The notes under the pieces were generated by a model. The model was not told where the DNA came from. It made no database searches and saw only the letters and a list, made by a program, of their open reading frames with translations. A DNA stretch of 64,000 bases from the human T2T-CHM13v2.0 reference genome, Homo sapiens. The position numbers and the translations under genes were made by a program. Positions 12,063 through 28,092 of the stretch are shown here, piece after piece. The stretch lies in assembly GCF_009914755.1 (NCBI RefSeq), contig NC_060927.1; one strand, written 5' to 3'. Each line of letters begins with the position of its first letter. Positions within the stretch are counted from its first letter, which is position 1.

Positions 12063-15000
12063 GTAATGGTAGTGTGGCTTTCATCAGCATGCAACCTATT
12101 TGCATTTTAAAAATTCTGACCATTTGTCAGAAGACTCTTCCGGATAGATTTATTTGCTTCTATGCACACTTTAGATTCCTTCTGGAATTTCCTAGACCAG
12201 ACATGCTTATGGAATGTGTCTTTTCCAAAATATTAGACAACATAATGGAAAATAAAAAATTATAACACATTTTGGAATCTTGTAAGATAGCTCTTGGTTC
12301 TCATGAAAAAGCATTTTTTTTGCTTTTAAATATTTTCTTATCTCCTCATCAACTATCACAATCTACATTTGATCATATTCTTAAAACCAGGGAAATAATT
12401 CTTACAACTTCTCTTCTTCTCCTATAAGAAGATAAAAGAATGGAAAATGTTTTAGAATTATTTGGTTTTGGACTTTTGACATATATACCCTGACAAAGTA
12501 AAATGAATAAGCATTCAGCTTGCTATTATTTACAGAGAAATGTTTGCTGTTAGAGAACAAAAAAAAATTGCATTGGTTTTGGTCTTTGGACTTTTTTATA
12601 GTTTTCAAAGTTTCAACAATGAATAGGTATTACTTTCATAATTTTAAATAATAAAAGTAATATTTTAAAAATTGTTAGTCCATACCTTCTCAGACCATCC
12701 ACAGCTCTAGTCATTGAGTTAAAAGCAGTCATCTTTCTGCCATAAACTTCCAGTACTCCTTGATTGATCTCTGGGCCCTATTCTACACACTGACCCAAAG
12801 CATTCCCAACTCATTCTCTTACGTGACTGGTATCTATGCCTAGCACTGGCCTTCTGCCTTAGTTTTCTTATTATGTCTTAAATTTTCCTCTAGAAATGGA
12901 GCTGGTCGCCAAAATTCAGATTGTTTGACTGAAGTCCTGACAACTTGTTTGGGTTTTATCAGATTCTTCTCCTTGGGGATTGACCCCATAACTTGTAACC
13001 TCAGCAACAAGCAGTGGCCTCCTTCAAACTAACATCTCTACCAGGAATCCCTCACTCTGCCATCCAGCATACTGAAACCCTTTAGGTATTCTTGCTGCCT
13101 CAGAACAATTTTAAATTTGTCACTTTCATTTCCAATCTTCAAACAGTTGGCCATACTCAGCCAATAGTAGCCCTCTAAAAACAAGTACCCCTTCCCTTGT
13201 CCATCAGGGTACACAGTCACGAAATAATAAAAATGATCACTGTAAAAACAGTACCACATGGGCCAAAACAAAATTGGAGAATATGGACTAATGTTGCTAT
13301 TTGTGTCTCATTCTTATTTTGTTTTATTTTGTAGTATAGGCCTTTTCTTTTCCTTCTCTAAGGCCCAGCTTCTTTCATTCTTTCTCATTTTTATTAGCCT
13401 CAGGGTATTCAACTGACTGGTCTGCACTTATTCCCTTTCCTTATTCTTACCAATCTATGTTTAAAAATTGAAAAAGAAGATTATCAACCCTATTTTGTAT
13501 AATCCAAAATATTCATATTAGAGCAATGAAAGATTGTTTATCCATCCAACTGATGGAACAGTTTAACACTGTGGTTAAGATCTAGTGAGATCGTCTCTCA
13601 TACCTACTCTTTAAGGGACTAGAAATTAAAGTAACATTTTTGGAAAGCAATTTGTCAATATGTACCAAGAGATATTATAAACTTCCCATCCTTTGATTCA
13701 GAAATTTTACTAATGGAATTAACGTGGATAGCGATTCAGAGAGTCATTCCTCTTCTCAAACTCCTGAGCTCCTTCTCTTAGTATGATGGAGTAAACTTTC
13801 CTGCTTTTGCTTTTGTAGAAATTTCCCATCTCCATATTCACACCCCACTAGGGGTTTTCAGATACACTTCACTGGAGAAAAGGTCTCTGTTTATGATCCC
13901 CTCTAGTACTTCTATTCACTGTACCCTGTCCTTGAGGTGCTAACACAGAGTAAAACAAGTTAGTGTTAGCATCTGACATATGAAAGCATTTATGTTCTTG
14001 CTTTATGCTAGTAAGTTAATTTGGTGGTAAAAATGATTCTATATAATATTCTATAAGTTCTTGCTAGGACCATGATATCTTTCTAATGAATTAATTATAT
14101 TGCAGAGGTATGTATATATGTATATATTTTCTATAGTATAAATGGACATTTCATTTCGTTGAAAGGGCACGACTTCTTGTTAATAAATGTTATCATTTAG
14201 CTAGCAGTAAATCAAGATCCAGACCAGAAAAGCAAAGGACTAATAATTATGCCTTGGCTGTGTTAGCTATTGAGACTATGAATAAAAAGTTCTCTAAAAG
14301 TCTTCTCATGAGAAAGGAGAATCATTAATATGACATTTTCATCTCCTTCTTGGGTCACTGTGCCTTTGCCAAAGAATGAAATGTTCTTTTTACAAATATA
14401 TAATACACATTTTAAAATAAACTTCATAGCTTAAATGGTTTTAACATGCAAAAAAGTAGATAGCAATTTGTGTCTGTGCTTAATTATTTTAGAGTATGTA
14501 AAAAGCACACAATAAGATCAATAGTTGCTATGCAACAAGGATGGCACATTTTAAAATAACTACGTATTTACTAATTGTCATGGATTTTTATTTATTTCAA
14601 GTATTACTACTTGAAGAAAGCAAATTAATGTGGATGCTGAACCTTTAAAATTGGTTTTAAATGTACAATATTGTTACTATTTAAAGTTTTTTAATTAAAA
14701 AATCCTATAGCCACACTGCTTACATGATCAAATCGCATTATTTAATCACTATCACTTTTTAGTGCAATAAGCAAATTCTAAGCAAATATTTTCTTAGATT
14801 ATCATCAAGACATCACACTTAAGAACGTTTTAGAATTTCACTAATGACCTCATTTAAAATAGTACATAGAGCTTTTGAGAAACCAGTAGTTAAACAAACA
14901 AGCAAAACCTTATTTCTTGGCTGAAGCAACTAGATTGAGAGTGAAAATGCAGGTGAGAAAAGTTTACTTCAAGAAATAGTCAATTTCAATTTTGAAGGGA

Positions 15001-17623
15001 GGCAAAAAAGAAAATCTCAAATTAGTTTTCAAAATTAAAGAACCAAATGACCTAATAATTCCTAACGTGTTTTAGTATGCTATTATTAAAATTAAAAGAG
15101 ATAATTTCTGACGTACAAAATGTGACACAGATGATGTTGTTATTTATAAAATATCAATTTTAATTTATGCATAATAAACATGGCTAAAAGGAATATTGAG
15201 GACATGCTTTAATTTTTATATTTTTAAAAATGCAGTTTTAGAAATTGAATTAATAAAATCTGAAAATTTTAGATCAGGAGTGGCCTGCGGAGATCATCTC
15301 ATAAACCACTAATCTAGATAACAAAAATGATCTCCATTAATAATGTAATTTTCATTATTATGACATTATTATTTCCATTTTGCACATTAATAAAAACACT
15401 TACAGAAGTTAGGTAATTTGCCAAAGTTATAAAGGCAGGAAATAAGCTGAGAATCCACCTCCATGTATCTAAATACAAAGTTCCATATTTCTGCATTTGG
15501 CCAAGATGGAGTAATGGGGACCAAATTTACCCTCCTACCTAAAACAAATAAAACAGTGAGGAAACGATAGAAAACAATTGTTTCAAGATATTGGACATCA
15601 GGCAATGAAAGACAGTGATTCCTGGAAACAGAAGTCAAACAAGGTGAGCCCTGTGGTTGCCATAACTTAGTGCCCTGAAAGAAATTTCAGGTCATGGTTC
15701 AGGGAGTGGGAATCTAGTTTGAACTTGTCAGATTCTTTGAGTTGAGGAAACCTTGCAGCGTCCTGGGAGATCATGGTGGCTAAAGTTCATGGATAGTGTT
15801 CACAGGAGAGAGTTGCACAGGGAAGAACACTGGCGATCTACAAAAAGTCCGCCTTGCATATGTTTATGATCAATGTGTACATGTGGGAAAATGACATAAA
15901 GCCAGCGACAGACAGAGCCAGAGAGAATATTGAATACTTGCACATGGCCAGTAATTTGCATTTCCATCAGCCAGACTGGTAAACCTGTAATTTATAAGGC
16001 CCTAGGTAGAGTGCTCAAAAGGGTCTTGCATCACAAGTTGAGAATACTTAGCCCTAGATGAAATGCTGATTTGATTCTGCATAATACATTTTAAAAGGAA
16101 GGCCTAAAATAATCAAGCTGATTTCAAGAAACTGAACTGCATCCTAGGACAGAGCTCAAGAATATTCATAGGAATACAAAAATATCTAGCACCGAACAAG
16201 GTAAGTTAACAATGTCTGGCATCCAGTGAAAAATTGCCATCCTTGGAAATATACAAGAAAATAGGGCTCAAAATGAAAAGAAAAATCAATAAATAAAAAC
16301 TGACCCAGAAAGGCACAGAAGTGAGAATTAGCAGAAAAGACATTAAAACAAATATGATAACTGTATTCCATATACCCAGAAGCTAAAGAAAAAATTGACC
16401 ATGTTAAGCAGAGAAATGGAAGATATAAAAAAGACCAGTTACTGAGTTTTGACAGATGAAAATTAGATTATCTGATATTAAAAGTACACTGGATTGGATT
16501 GATGGCAGATTAGACATTCCAGAAGAAAAGCTTAGTGAACTTGAAGACACAGCAATAGAAAAACTTTTTAAATAAAACAAGATAGAATAGACTCCAAAAC
16601 AAAAACAAACAAAAAAAACCTCAGAAAGAACATCAGTGAGCCATGAGACAGATTCAAGAGGCCCAATATATGTGTAATTGAAATTCCTGAAGGACAAGAG
16701 ACAGAAGAGGGAACAAAAAAAATTGAAGAAATAATGACGGAAAGTTTTACAAATTTAATGAAAACTAAACACCCACAGTTTTAAGAAGCTCAATAAGCCT
16801 CAGGCACAACAAACCCAAGTTCACCAAGGGAAATTATAATCCAGTTGTCCAAAACAGTAATAAAAAGAATATTTTAAAGCAACTGGATTTTTTAAAAGAC
16901 CTTATATAGAGAGGAAAGGAGACAGCAGATTTTTTTTAAAATCAGAAACAATGCAAGCAAAAAGATAGTAGGATTGAAAGTACTAGAAGAAAGTTAGGGG
17001 GGCAATGAGGAAAGCTGTCAACCTAGAATTCATACCAAGTGAAAATATCTTTCAAATATGAGAGTAAAATGAAGACTTCTTCAGAAAGCACTGAAAAAAT
17101 GTATTACCAATAGACCCACGCTATAAAAAATGTTAAAAGAAGTCCTTTAGTCAGAAGGAAAGCTATACCAGATGGAAATATGGATCTACACAGAGGAATG
17201 TAGAAAACCAGAAATAGTAACACTGTGGGTAAAGATATGGGGTGTTTTTTCATTATTTAAATTTTTAAAAATATAATTGATGATATTTATAACATAGAAG
17301 CAAAATATATGACAATAATAACACAATGGCTGAGAGGGTAGAAGTGGAAATATATTACTGTGAGATTCTTATACAATACATGTAGTGATATGTCATTAGA
17401 AAGTAGACTGTATTGAATTAAAGACATATTCTCCAAACCCTAAAATTATAGATAATAAGCCAATAAAGGAGACAAAATTGAATTTTAAAATAGCAATCCT
17501 AAAGAAGACAGGAAAATAAGGGAAAGAGAAAAAAGATGAGATGGGCCAAATGGAAAACATAGCAAGATAGTAGATTTAAAGCTAATTATATCAATAATCA
17601 CATTAAATGGAAATGATCTAAAC

Positions 17624-17807
17624 CAGAGATCAGCAAACTTTTTCTATAAAGGACCAGTTAGTTAATATTTTTGGTTTTGTATGACATACAGTCTCTGTCA
17701 CAACCATTCAACCCTGTCATTGTAACATATAAAAGCAACCATAGACAATATACAAATGAATGGGCATGGCTGAATTTAGTCTGTGGGCCGTAGTTGGCTA
17801 AACTCTG
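17624..17807 (+). mobile_element. MER58A (hAT-Charlie)
   Basis: TIR-like cagagatcagcaaac ... gttggctaaactctg; 8-bp TSD atctaaac / gtctaaat. Confidence 0.8.
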
Positions 17808-17897
17808 GTCTAAATATTCTATTTAAAAGGCAGAGATGTTTATCTTGGATAAAAATGCAACACCTTACTATATGTTGCCTATAAGAAATGTACTTTA

Positions 17898-18145
17898 GGA
17901 TGTGAGGGAGACCTGGCTGCGACATCTGTCACTCTGTTGATTACCAGGGTTGATTTGGTTGATCTGGCTGACTAAGCAGGTGTCCCCATCCTCCCTTACT
18001 GCTCTATATGTGACCTTCTTGAAGCTGCACGTGTTCTGGTAGAAGAGGATGACCTTCCTTGATAGAGGAGAACCACATTCTTCTGTAAAGGGTATACGAG
18101 TAGCTGTGCTCCTCCCCTGCTAGAACTTCTAAATAAGCTCTCAAG
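17898..18145 (+). pseudogene. 7SK snRNA retropseudogene (RN7SKP-type), 3'-truncated at ~nt 240, no poly(A)
   Basis: GGATGTGAGGGAGACCTGGCTGCGACATCTGTCAC...GGGTATACGAGTAGCTG...CCCCTGCTAGAAC...AAGCTCTCAAG follows 7SK nt 1-~240; 15-bp TSD aagaaatgtacttta (17883-17897) / aagaaatgcacttta (18143-18157). Confidence 0.93.
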
Positions 18146-18212
18146 AAATGCACTTTAATATAAAAACACAATAGATTAAAAGTAAAGAACGAAAACACAA
18201 AAGAAAGCTGGA

Positions 18213-18542
<330 letters not shown>

Positions 18543-19229
18543 CTATATTACTATCAACAAAGTAGATTTCACAGCAAAGAAATCAGAATACTTAATATTT
18601 TGCTAGGATTAAAGGAAGATATTTAATAATGACAAAGGGATCAGTTCACCAGGAGGACATAATAACCCTAAATGTTCATTCACCTAAAAACAGAGCTTAC
18701 AATTACATGAAGCAAAAACTGATAGAACTGTGAGAAGTAAATTCACTAGTTAGAGCCTAAGATATCAATTCCTTCTCTCAATAATTGATAGAAAAATAGC
18801 CAGACAATCAGTAAGGATTTATACAATGGAAAATGGTATAAATTTATTAACAGATATATTGAACGATATTGTTAACAAACTTGACCTAAATTATATTTAT
18901 AGAATTCTCAATTTGACAGCAGAATACACATTCTTCTCAAGTGCACATGAACATCTTACCAAAATCGACCATATTTTGGCTTATAAATAAGTCTCAATAA
19001 GTTTAAAAGGATTCACATCATACAAATATTTTCTCTGACCACAATGAAATAAAATTAGAAATCGTTAGCAGAAAGTTATCTGGACAATCCTTAAATATTT
19101 TGAAACTAAATAAATACCAAGACCACGCCCTGAGCCCACTATGCTGTACAGATGTAGGGGTTGGGGGGACAGCTTACATGAAAAAAAAACTAAACACACT
19201 GAGCTATAGAGTTCACCGGCAACACCTGA

Positions 19230-19400
19230 GTATACACATTGTTTCCACCTTGTAGTTGCTCTATGATCTTGGTGAAGTTACTTACTTCTCTGAGCCTATC
19301 TCTTAATCGAGACAGTGGGAGTAATACTTCTATTATTCTATGTTATTCTTAGAGTTGTAAGAATTAAAAGAGTTAATATATAGAAAGTGTCCTATACCAT
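19230..19400. mobile_element. MIR
   Basis: 'tgatcttggtgaagttacttacttctctgagcct...agagttgtaagaattaaaagagttaatatatagaaagtg'. Confidence 0.55.
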
Positions 19401-20809
19401 ACCACCCTAGCTTGTATTCATTTACTCAGTGAACATTCTCTCCTTCCAACCTAAGTTCACATAGTTCTTGACAGGATTTGACCTGCAGCCTACATATTCT
19501 GATTCCTTAGCATTCATTTTTTAACTGCAAATTCTGTTTTGAATAATCATCTGCTTTTATTATTTATTCAGTAGCTATTTCAGAAATAATCTAAAGTACT
19601 GTAATAATTTGCAATCAGTATTCATTTTTAAGTTTTGTAAAATAGTACAATAATTTATTTTAGGAGCCATATCTTTAAAAATTATATATGCATATCAAAT
19701 ATAAGCAAATTATTTGATTCCTACTTTGGCATCTAAAATTCCCATTGGTTTTAAAGGTATCATTGAGTAATAAATGGTCATATTATAACATGGTGTTTGG
19801 CTCCATGTTCAATAAGAAAAATGATAATAACAAAGTCAACCACAAAGACCTCGCTTGGAAAATAGTGAAAAGGCAGTATTTTGCATATTGGTATTAAATA
19901 CAGATTTTATAAAGTACTAATTATGCATTTCAACAACAAATACAAAAGAAATTTAAAAACAATGCTCTGAATGCTCTGGAGTCATCCGGTGGCCTTCACC
20001 AAGGAGATGGAGTTTCAGCTAGAAGAGGATATAGATAAATAAAAACCAAAAATAATTAAAACCTGGGATGTGTACAAAGATAATAATTGATTTTACTTTG
20101 TGTAATTCTTAAGTTAATATTATTCATGCTTTTTTAGAAATCATAATTTTCTTCTTATCAAAATTACTATTAGTTATTGTATAAAGTGGTTCATGCTTTA
20201 TATGTACACCATCAACAAATTTATTTATTTTGCTCAAACATAACTCCTGTCATCTAAAATATTTTAAATTATCAGCTCCTATCAACATTTAAAAATAAAA
20301 ACATGGCAATTTGGCATGAATGCACCTACTGAAAGGCAAATAATGTACCCCTTAAGCAAATCGTTGTGTTTATGGGCTCATAATTTTGTTCAAACTAATC
20401 AGATCATGAAGGAACCAGTAATCTCATTTCTCTGTGCTAACACGTCAACACATTCAGATGGCTCTTAGCATCCCACTGCAGCTTTCCTAAGTGTTTGAAA
20501 TCCCATGTGAAAACTCATCACTCTGCTTCTTTTTCTCAGATTGTGCAAATTAAAAACAAAGCTAGTAATAGTCAATCATTCTTCTCCCTTTTGTCTACAG
20601 TGCTTGTTCTTTCCCACTGTCCATATATTTATTCCTTCCTTGTTTTCTCTCTTTACCTACAGTAGTTCAAAGAATAGTTCAGGGGCAACAAGATCTTGCT
20701 TTCTAACTCGAGTAAAACAGAACATTCAGCTCATTCAAGCCATCAGCCATCACCTTTTCTTCCCTGAATATTTTATTTCAACTTCATCAAAGGGACCCTG
20801 CTGATTTTC

Positions 20810-22110
<1,301 letters not shown>

Positions 22111-22799
22111 CTAAAGTCCTTCTGTCATCTAATTTTTGTCTTGTTCCACCAAGTTTGCATATATTCTCACTGTCTTAATTTGAGCAATCAATCCGTATTT
22201 GGAAAGATGTCGTTTTGTCCTAAAATAGCTATTGGGCTCTACTAATTAACCACAGAAGATTTTAAAAAATACTTGATACCTTAGCACCTCAATACACATT
22301 TTTCTTGAGCTTCTCAAAATAGTTTGTTGCTCTTTTATTAATAGTGCCAGAGCATCTTATGAACTATTAATGCTTATATTATTCACTTATTGATTACTAT
22401 TAATATTTAAGAACTATGTGACTATTAATTATTAATAATTAATTAATAATGGAATGTTATTGATTATTAACTTTTATATTAATATTATACCTTCCAATTT
22501 TTCCAAATGTATTACATTTGGTTTCTCCTTTCATATATTCTTGACTTATCTATGCCAGAGTGGCCAAAGCACAGTGATCAAATGAGAAAAGTAGTGGAAG
22601 TCAGACTGGAGGAATCCAGGACTGCCACCATACACAGTGTTTAAGTTGCACCCTGCAACAGGCCAAGGCAGCAAAGCGAGATGGAATCTAGCCTGTACTC
22701 TGCTCATCAAGTCCTATGACTGGCATGAGACTGTTTTCATCTAAGGATGGGGTGCTTTGTCAGTTTACACAAAGGTGTCATATGGGCTAGTAGTCGCCC

Positions 22800-23300
22800 C
22801 GTAAAAGGCCATATACAGGAGTTTTGATATATTAATGCACTGAGAAACCACGAAGAAGGAATAAAAAAATCTAATTTATAGTTTGTAAAGAATACTGTGC
22901 TGTGTGTAGTAGCATGGGTTGGAGTGAAGCAGGAGTGAAAGTAAGGAGGCTGTTCAGGAAGTGATGGTGGCCAGAACTAGGTGATCAGGAAGTGCTGATG
23001 AAAGTTGAGACATAGAGAAATGGATGCAAAGCATCTTTTGAAGGTAAAATGAATAGGATTTTGTGTTGGATTGGGTGGGGAGGGTAAAGGAGAGAGGTAT
23101 GAAAGATGATGTTCCAGTCACTAACTTGAGTAACTAGATGGATGGTAGAGCTGTGTCCTGAAATAAGAGGGAGAAACAGGCTTTGGGAAGAGTGTTGTTA
23201 CAAGATTTCTGGGCCATACAATTCATTGGAGGCACCTGTGAATTATCTAAATGGCTACCAGGAGGCAAAGTGGATTTAAGTACCTGAAATTCAGAGGAAT
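22800..23300. mobile_element. L2 fragment
   Basis: 'aggaggctgttcaggaagtgatggtggccagaactagg...gaaatggatgcaaagcatcttttgaaggtaaaatgaataggattt' is typical of L2. Confidence 0.6.
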
Positions 23301-24417
23301 ATCTTCTTTTTTTCTGAGTGCCCCCTGAGACTTCCTTTGTCTTCAGCAGTCTGAGAGCAGCCCATCTGAATAATTCTGTAATTCTGTAATGTTGCTAATA
23401 AATCATCAGTAGCCTATTATCCCAAACAATCCAGAAGTTTATTTTGAAAGAGCCAAAATAACTCTTTGCATTCAGTACTGTATAAACATAATTACATTCC
23501 CTTAAGGCAGATGCTTAGTCCTATACCCAGTACAATAAAACCAATTGACCCCACACTGGGGCTAGTCTTCCATCAGTATTTTATTTAATGTAAAGGGCTT
23601 CCTTTAACTTTCTTAGCAATATTTGTGTCCTTGTACCCTGGCTTCATTGTTCTCTTGAGAAATTTAGGTTGACCTCTTTCCCTGTCTTGGTGGCCTAAAT
23701 CACACAGTCACCATCAGTTGTGAGTTTTTCTCCCAATTTACCTGGCTTTACCCTCTCTTAGAGTTTATAATCCTGGCACAGTATAAATCTAGAGCCAGAC
23801 TGTCACTGGGATTTCCTTTTCCAGTCTCTCTAGATGAACTCCCAGGAGTAAATGACTCCAGTTCTAATAGATTTCTTCTCTTTCTTGTTTCAGTAGGCAG
23901 AGCCAAAACCAATGGTTAAAAACCACATGGAGAGAGATGTTGGCTCAACTACAGGAAAAACTGCCTAATGCTTAGTGCTGTCTGAAAATGGAAATGCCTT
24001 CTGGGGAAGGAGTGAGTTATGGTTTCTGGAGGTGTGAGGCACCCAGCAGTCAGTCATTTAGTATGGAGTCAGTAGTAGAGACTGAAGGGTCAGAGTGTGG
24101 AAGTACTCTCCACTGACTGTTAAATTCCTACTCATGTTAGAGCTTTACACAGAAGCTTTGCCTCCTTTAATCCTCATAACAGCCCCTAAGGGAACTCGTT
24201 ATAACCCTACCAGGAAGGGTTACAGTCACAAACTTAAGATCACTCAGTTAGGAAGTAGCAGAGCCAGGATTAAGAGCCAGGATTTAAACTCAACTTCATC
24301 TGCATCTAGAGTTCTTGCTTATTCTTTCCACAATTCATGGAAACATGAGAGATTGAATTAGGAGATTTCTAAGGTCCCTTCTAGCATTATGATTCTATCT
24401 GAGTCAAAGTATGGATA

Positions 24418-24792
24418 CAGATGCTCTTCACCTTTCAGTGGGGTTACATCCTGATAAACCCATCATAAATTGAAGGTATTGTAAGTCAAAAATGGGTAAT
24501 CTGTAGACATGATGGAATGTGAAAACACAATATCTAAAAAATACTGGCAACACAGTACATACACTGTACAGTATCAGCTGTTTGCCCTCATGATCACATG
24601 GATGACTGGGAGCTGTGGCCCACTGACACTGCCTAACATCCCAAGAGAGTATCATACTTCATATCAACGGCCCAGGAAAAGATCAGAATTCAAAAGTTGA
24701 AGTATAGTCTCTACTGAAAACGCATATTGCTTTCTCTCCATTATAAAATCGAAAAATCATAAGTCGAACCATTGCAAGTTGGGGACCATCTG
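24418..24792 (+). mobile_element. MER47B/Tigger5-type TcMar DNA transposon fossil
   Basis: TA|cagatgctcttcacc ... ggggaccatctg|TA; TIRs and TA TSD. Confidence 0.8.
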
Positions 24793-25318
24793 TACGGACA
24801 TTACTGACTCTTTTCCTTTAATCATCCTTCCCACTTTAGTCACATTAAAATGACAATCTGTGACTTCAAAACTTCTATGACCTCCATCAAGAAAGGGCCA
24901 CTTGAAAAATCAACATTTGTCCTTTGTGTTCCCTCTGAGTTTTAAGCAGAACTTAGTCTAAGGCCCTCAAAATCTGCTTAAAAACAAAAACTTCAATTTT
25001 CTGAGTTGCTGGCAAGGACTGAGTTCACAGTATAAATGAGCAAGTAATTAAGCTTTTAGTATTTCTGAAAACTGTCATATAGTTGTAACTCCTCTACTAA
25101 TTTTTCAGGTCTTAGAAGGTGGTGGAATATTTGGCACAAGGTCAATTTTTCTGGCCCAAGTTCTAAGTCACACTTTTTTTTGAACACTAGAATTTTTAAA
25201 ATAGTTTAATTAAAAATTTAATGTCAGAACATTTTAAAACTTAGAGTTTGAAAATAAGCTTAATGTACTTATTTTAAGGTAAAAATAGTTTTACATGTGC
25301 TTTAAATGCCATTTCTAG

Positions 25319-25483
25319 ATTGAAGCAGAACTTGCCAAGGAAAGGGCCCAACACTTGGTTGAATTTGAAGAGCAAGCTCTTCTCTTTAAGGAAGAAACAA
25401 AATTGCAACTTGATATTGAAAAAGAAAAACACCAAGATGTAATCCAAAAGTATAAGAAAGAACAAGAGGAACTACAAATGAAG
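25319..25483 (+). CDS. LEKR1: LEKR1 internal coding exon (165 nt; IEAELAKERAQHLVEFEEQALLFKEETKLQLDIEKEKHQDVIQKYKKEQEELQMK)
   Basis: Acceptor atttctag|ATT, donor AAG|gtctgt; phase 0-0; E/K/L-rich coiled coil. Confidence 0.88.
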
Positions 25484-26006
25484 GTCTGTAATTATGATGT
25501 TCATCATTATTTAATAGATTTGAAACTGCAGATGTTGTATATTTCGCCTTAGAACACTACAGTATTTATAATTCCAGTAGCTTTCACTCATGGTCACTGT
25601 GTCTTGGTTTTAGCTATGCAGGTAAGACGGTTTGGCTAATTCTCCAGAATGGATAACTGAGATAAGTTATACAAGCATGTAATCCAGCTATGTATGGATT
25701 TTTTCTACTGGAATAAACTTATTTTTTAAACATCATAAATTATATGACTAAAAATTAGTACGGCTAGATATTTCAACACCTCAAATATCCAACATTGAAA
25801 GATAATGAGGTGTTTTATATAATTAAAATTTTCCCAACCACTAAAGCATATACCCTTTAATTGCAAATATTTTTCATTCTCAACATTTCTGAATGAAGAG
25901 AAATATTTTTAAAATGTAATTACACCTCCCTAAATTTCTTAAACAGTATGTTCTAAATACTAAAGGTTTTGTTAAGGTTTTCCTGTTTTTATAGGACTTG
26001 AGTGTA

Positions 26007-26040
26007 GAGTGTGTATGTGTGTGTGTGTGTGTATGTGTAT
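26007..26040. repeat. Imperfect (TG)n microsatellite
   Basis: gtgtgtatgtgtgtgtgtgtgtgtatgtgtat. Confidence 0.85.
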
Positions 26041-26185
26041 TAATCAAGACCTAGTGGGGAAATAACATTTTGAATACATGCATTAAGAGTCTGTGTTAAT
26101 TAAGCATCAGACAAGACCTAATGGCTTCTACATTTGTGTACAGGAGGTATGGTACATCCATTTCAGTAGTCCATTGTGAACAACA

Positions 26186-26800
26186 GGCAGCACCAGCTAC
26201 ATGTGTACAACCAGTGCAATAGCACATGGTCCCACACTCAGAAAGGCTTCATGCTTTGGATTTATTGCTTTGCAGATACTACCTTGAAATTCTTAATAAT
26301 CTAACTGGGCATGGTGGCTCATGCCTATAATCCTAGCACTTTGAGAGGCCCAAGCAAGAGGATCACTTGAGGCCAGGAATTCAATACCAGCCTGGACAAC
26401 ATAGCAAGACTGTCTCTATTAAAAAAAAAAAAGACTTAATTAGCCTAGTGTGACGGTTCATACCTGTAGTATGTTCATACCAGTGTATACCCTGGCTACT
26501 TGGGAGGCTGATACAAGAGGTTCACTTGAACCCAGGAGTTCAAAGCTTCTGTGAGCTATGATCATACCATTGCACTCCAGACTGGGCAACAAAGTGAGAC
26601 TCCTTCTCTAAAAGAAAAAAAAAAATCTTAGTGATTTTATCTTTGAACTTCTGTTTTGTAAGTGAAATCCTACTGTGGCAATGGAGCATGTGCCACAAGC
26701 TTAGAGCCTTGGCTCCCCCAAGGTTCTGCCTCCCCTAGAGGGTTCTCACCTCTTGCTTCCTGGCTCCTGATGCCCCAGGCTCCACCGAGTCTCCCCCTTT
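26186..26800 (+). mobile_element. MER45-like hAT-Tip100 fossil interrupted by AluJ
   Basis: 'cccacactcagaaaggc...ccttgaaattcttaataat [Alu] ttttatctttgaacttctgttttgtaagtgaa...caatggagcatgtg'. Confidence 0.55.
26303..26625 (+). mobile_element. AluJ
   Basis: Diverged dimer (gaggatcacttgaggccaggaattc), A tail, degenerate TSD aaattcttaataat / aaaatcttagtgat. Confidence 0.88.
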
Positions 26801-27553
26801 CTTCTTCCTCTCACTCTGTGACTGCTGTTGCAGCCCTGGGTGGTTCAGGATCCCATCAGCAGGAGAATGCAGACAGGCAAGCTGGAACTTGCCAAATGTT
26901 ACAGTTTCTTAAGAGAAGTCATAAATCCTGATTTTTAAATCAAGATTTTGTAAGTGAAACCTCCTGATCTTTAAATGTTGACTGCCTTTTAAAAAATAAA
27001 AACATATTTGTGGTTATGTGAACCTCCTCTCCCAAAGATACTTTCAGTGTCAGCTCTCCTCTGGGTGATGAAAACCACTGTGCAGACCTGACAGTGGCCT
27101 TCTTCCCTCTTGGATTAATTGAAGATAATAGAATATTAATTTATAAAATTATGAACTATGGTGAAGAGACTTCTCACACAAGTTATTCTTTCTGTAAATT
27201 TAACATTTGAAACAAATTTTGGATACATAACTCTTTTTATGTAACAGTTCACAAAGTCCTTGGAACCTTGGTCTGTGAATGTTTTCCAGATTCTTAGTGG
27301 GCTAGTTTCTTGTTGTGCTAATATTTATAACATGACAATAATTGAGCATAAGTAATAAAGATATGTTTCATTAGAAGCAGCTCTTGTTTCGTTGTTTTGT
27401 TTCTTAAGGAGAAAGAAAACAAGAGGACTTTTCCCTTCTAAAGACTTTCATGCCATCAGGAAAAGCTTCTCCAAGTTATTCTCTCATTCATTTATCTAGA
27501 GGAACCACCTTGAGAAGCAATACATTTTCAGAATATTCAAGTGTTTTCTACAA

Positions 27554-27885
27554 CTGTGCTGTCCGTCATGATAGCCACATGTGGCTGCAAAAGTTTCCAT
27601 TAAATTAATTAAAATTAAATACAATTTAAATTCAGTTCCTTGGTCACATTAGTCATATTTCAGGTGCTCAATAGTCAATACTCTTTTTTGAGAGCTATGG
27701 TTAGAGTATTTACACCATGGAAATTACATACAAATCTTGCTTTTTTTTTTTTAAATTTGAGAGTCAGTTGTTAAACATTTACCAGCACCGTCAGTAGTCA
27801 CATGTGGCTAGTGACTACCATATTGGATAGCATAGAATATCTCTAACACCACAGAAAGCTCTGTTGGGCAGTACTGTTCTGGAAG
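27554..27885. mobile_element. MER3 (hAT-Charlie) with nested MER63-like fragment at ~27680-27790
   Basis: MER3 motifs 'agccacatgtggct', 'cacatgtggctagtgactaccatattgga'; insert contains 'gagtatttacaccatggaaat' and 'gttgttaaacatttaccagcac'. Confidence 0.65.
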
Positions 27886-28092
27886 GCATAGTATCTGGAG
27901 TTCCTCCAGCCATTATATACAAAAAAGAAAAAAAAATTATGTTAAAGAAAAATTTATTGGTACAGTTAGGGTAAAGTATAACTCTAGTGCTCTCCTCCTT
28001 GCATTCCCCCAAAATCAGGCATTTTGAGATCCCAAAGCCAACCTAGTTAGGTCCAGACAGTCCCCTGATCTACTTGTCAAGACTTGAGCTGA

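Noticed and set aside
20520-20545. Strong-looking cryptic acceptor (ctgcttctttttctcag) as an extra exon
   Set aside because: No convincing donor or LEKR1-like coding frame follows; flanking exons already join in frame
22360-22490. AT-only 20-bp palindrome (22424-22443)
   Set aside because: Expected by chance in low-complexity A/T sequence
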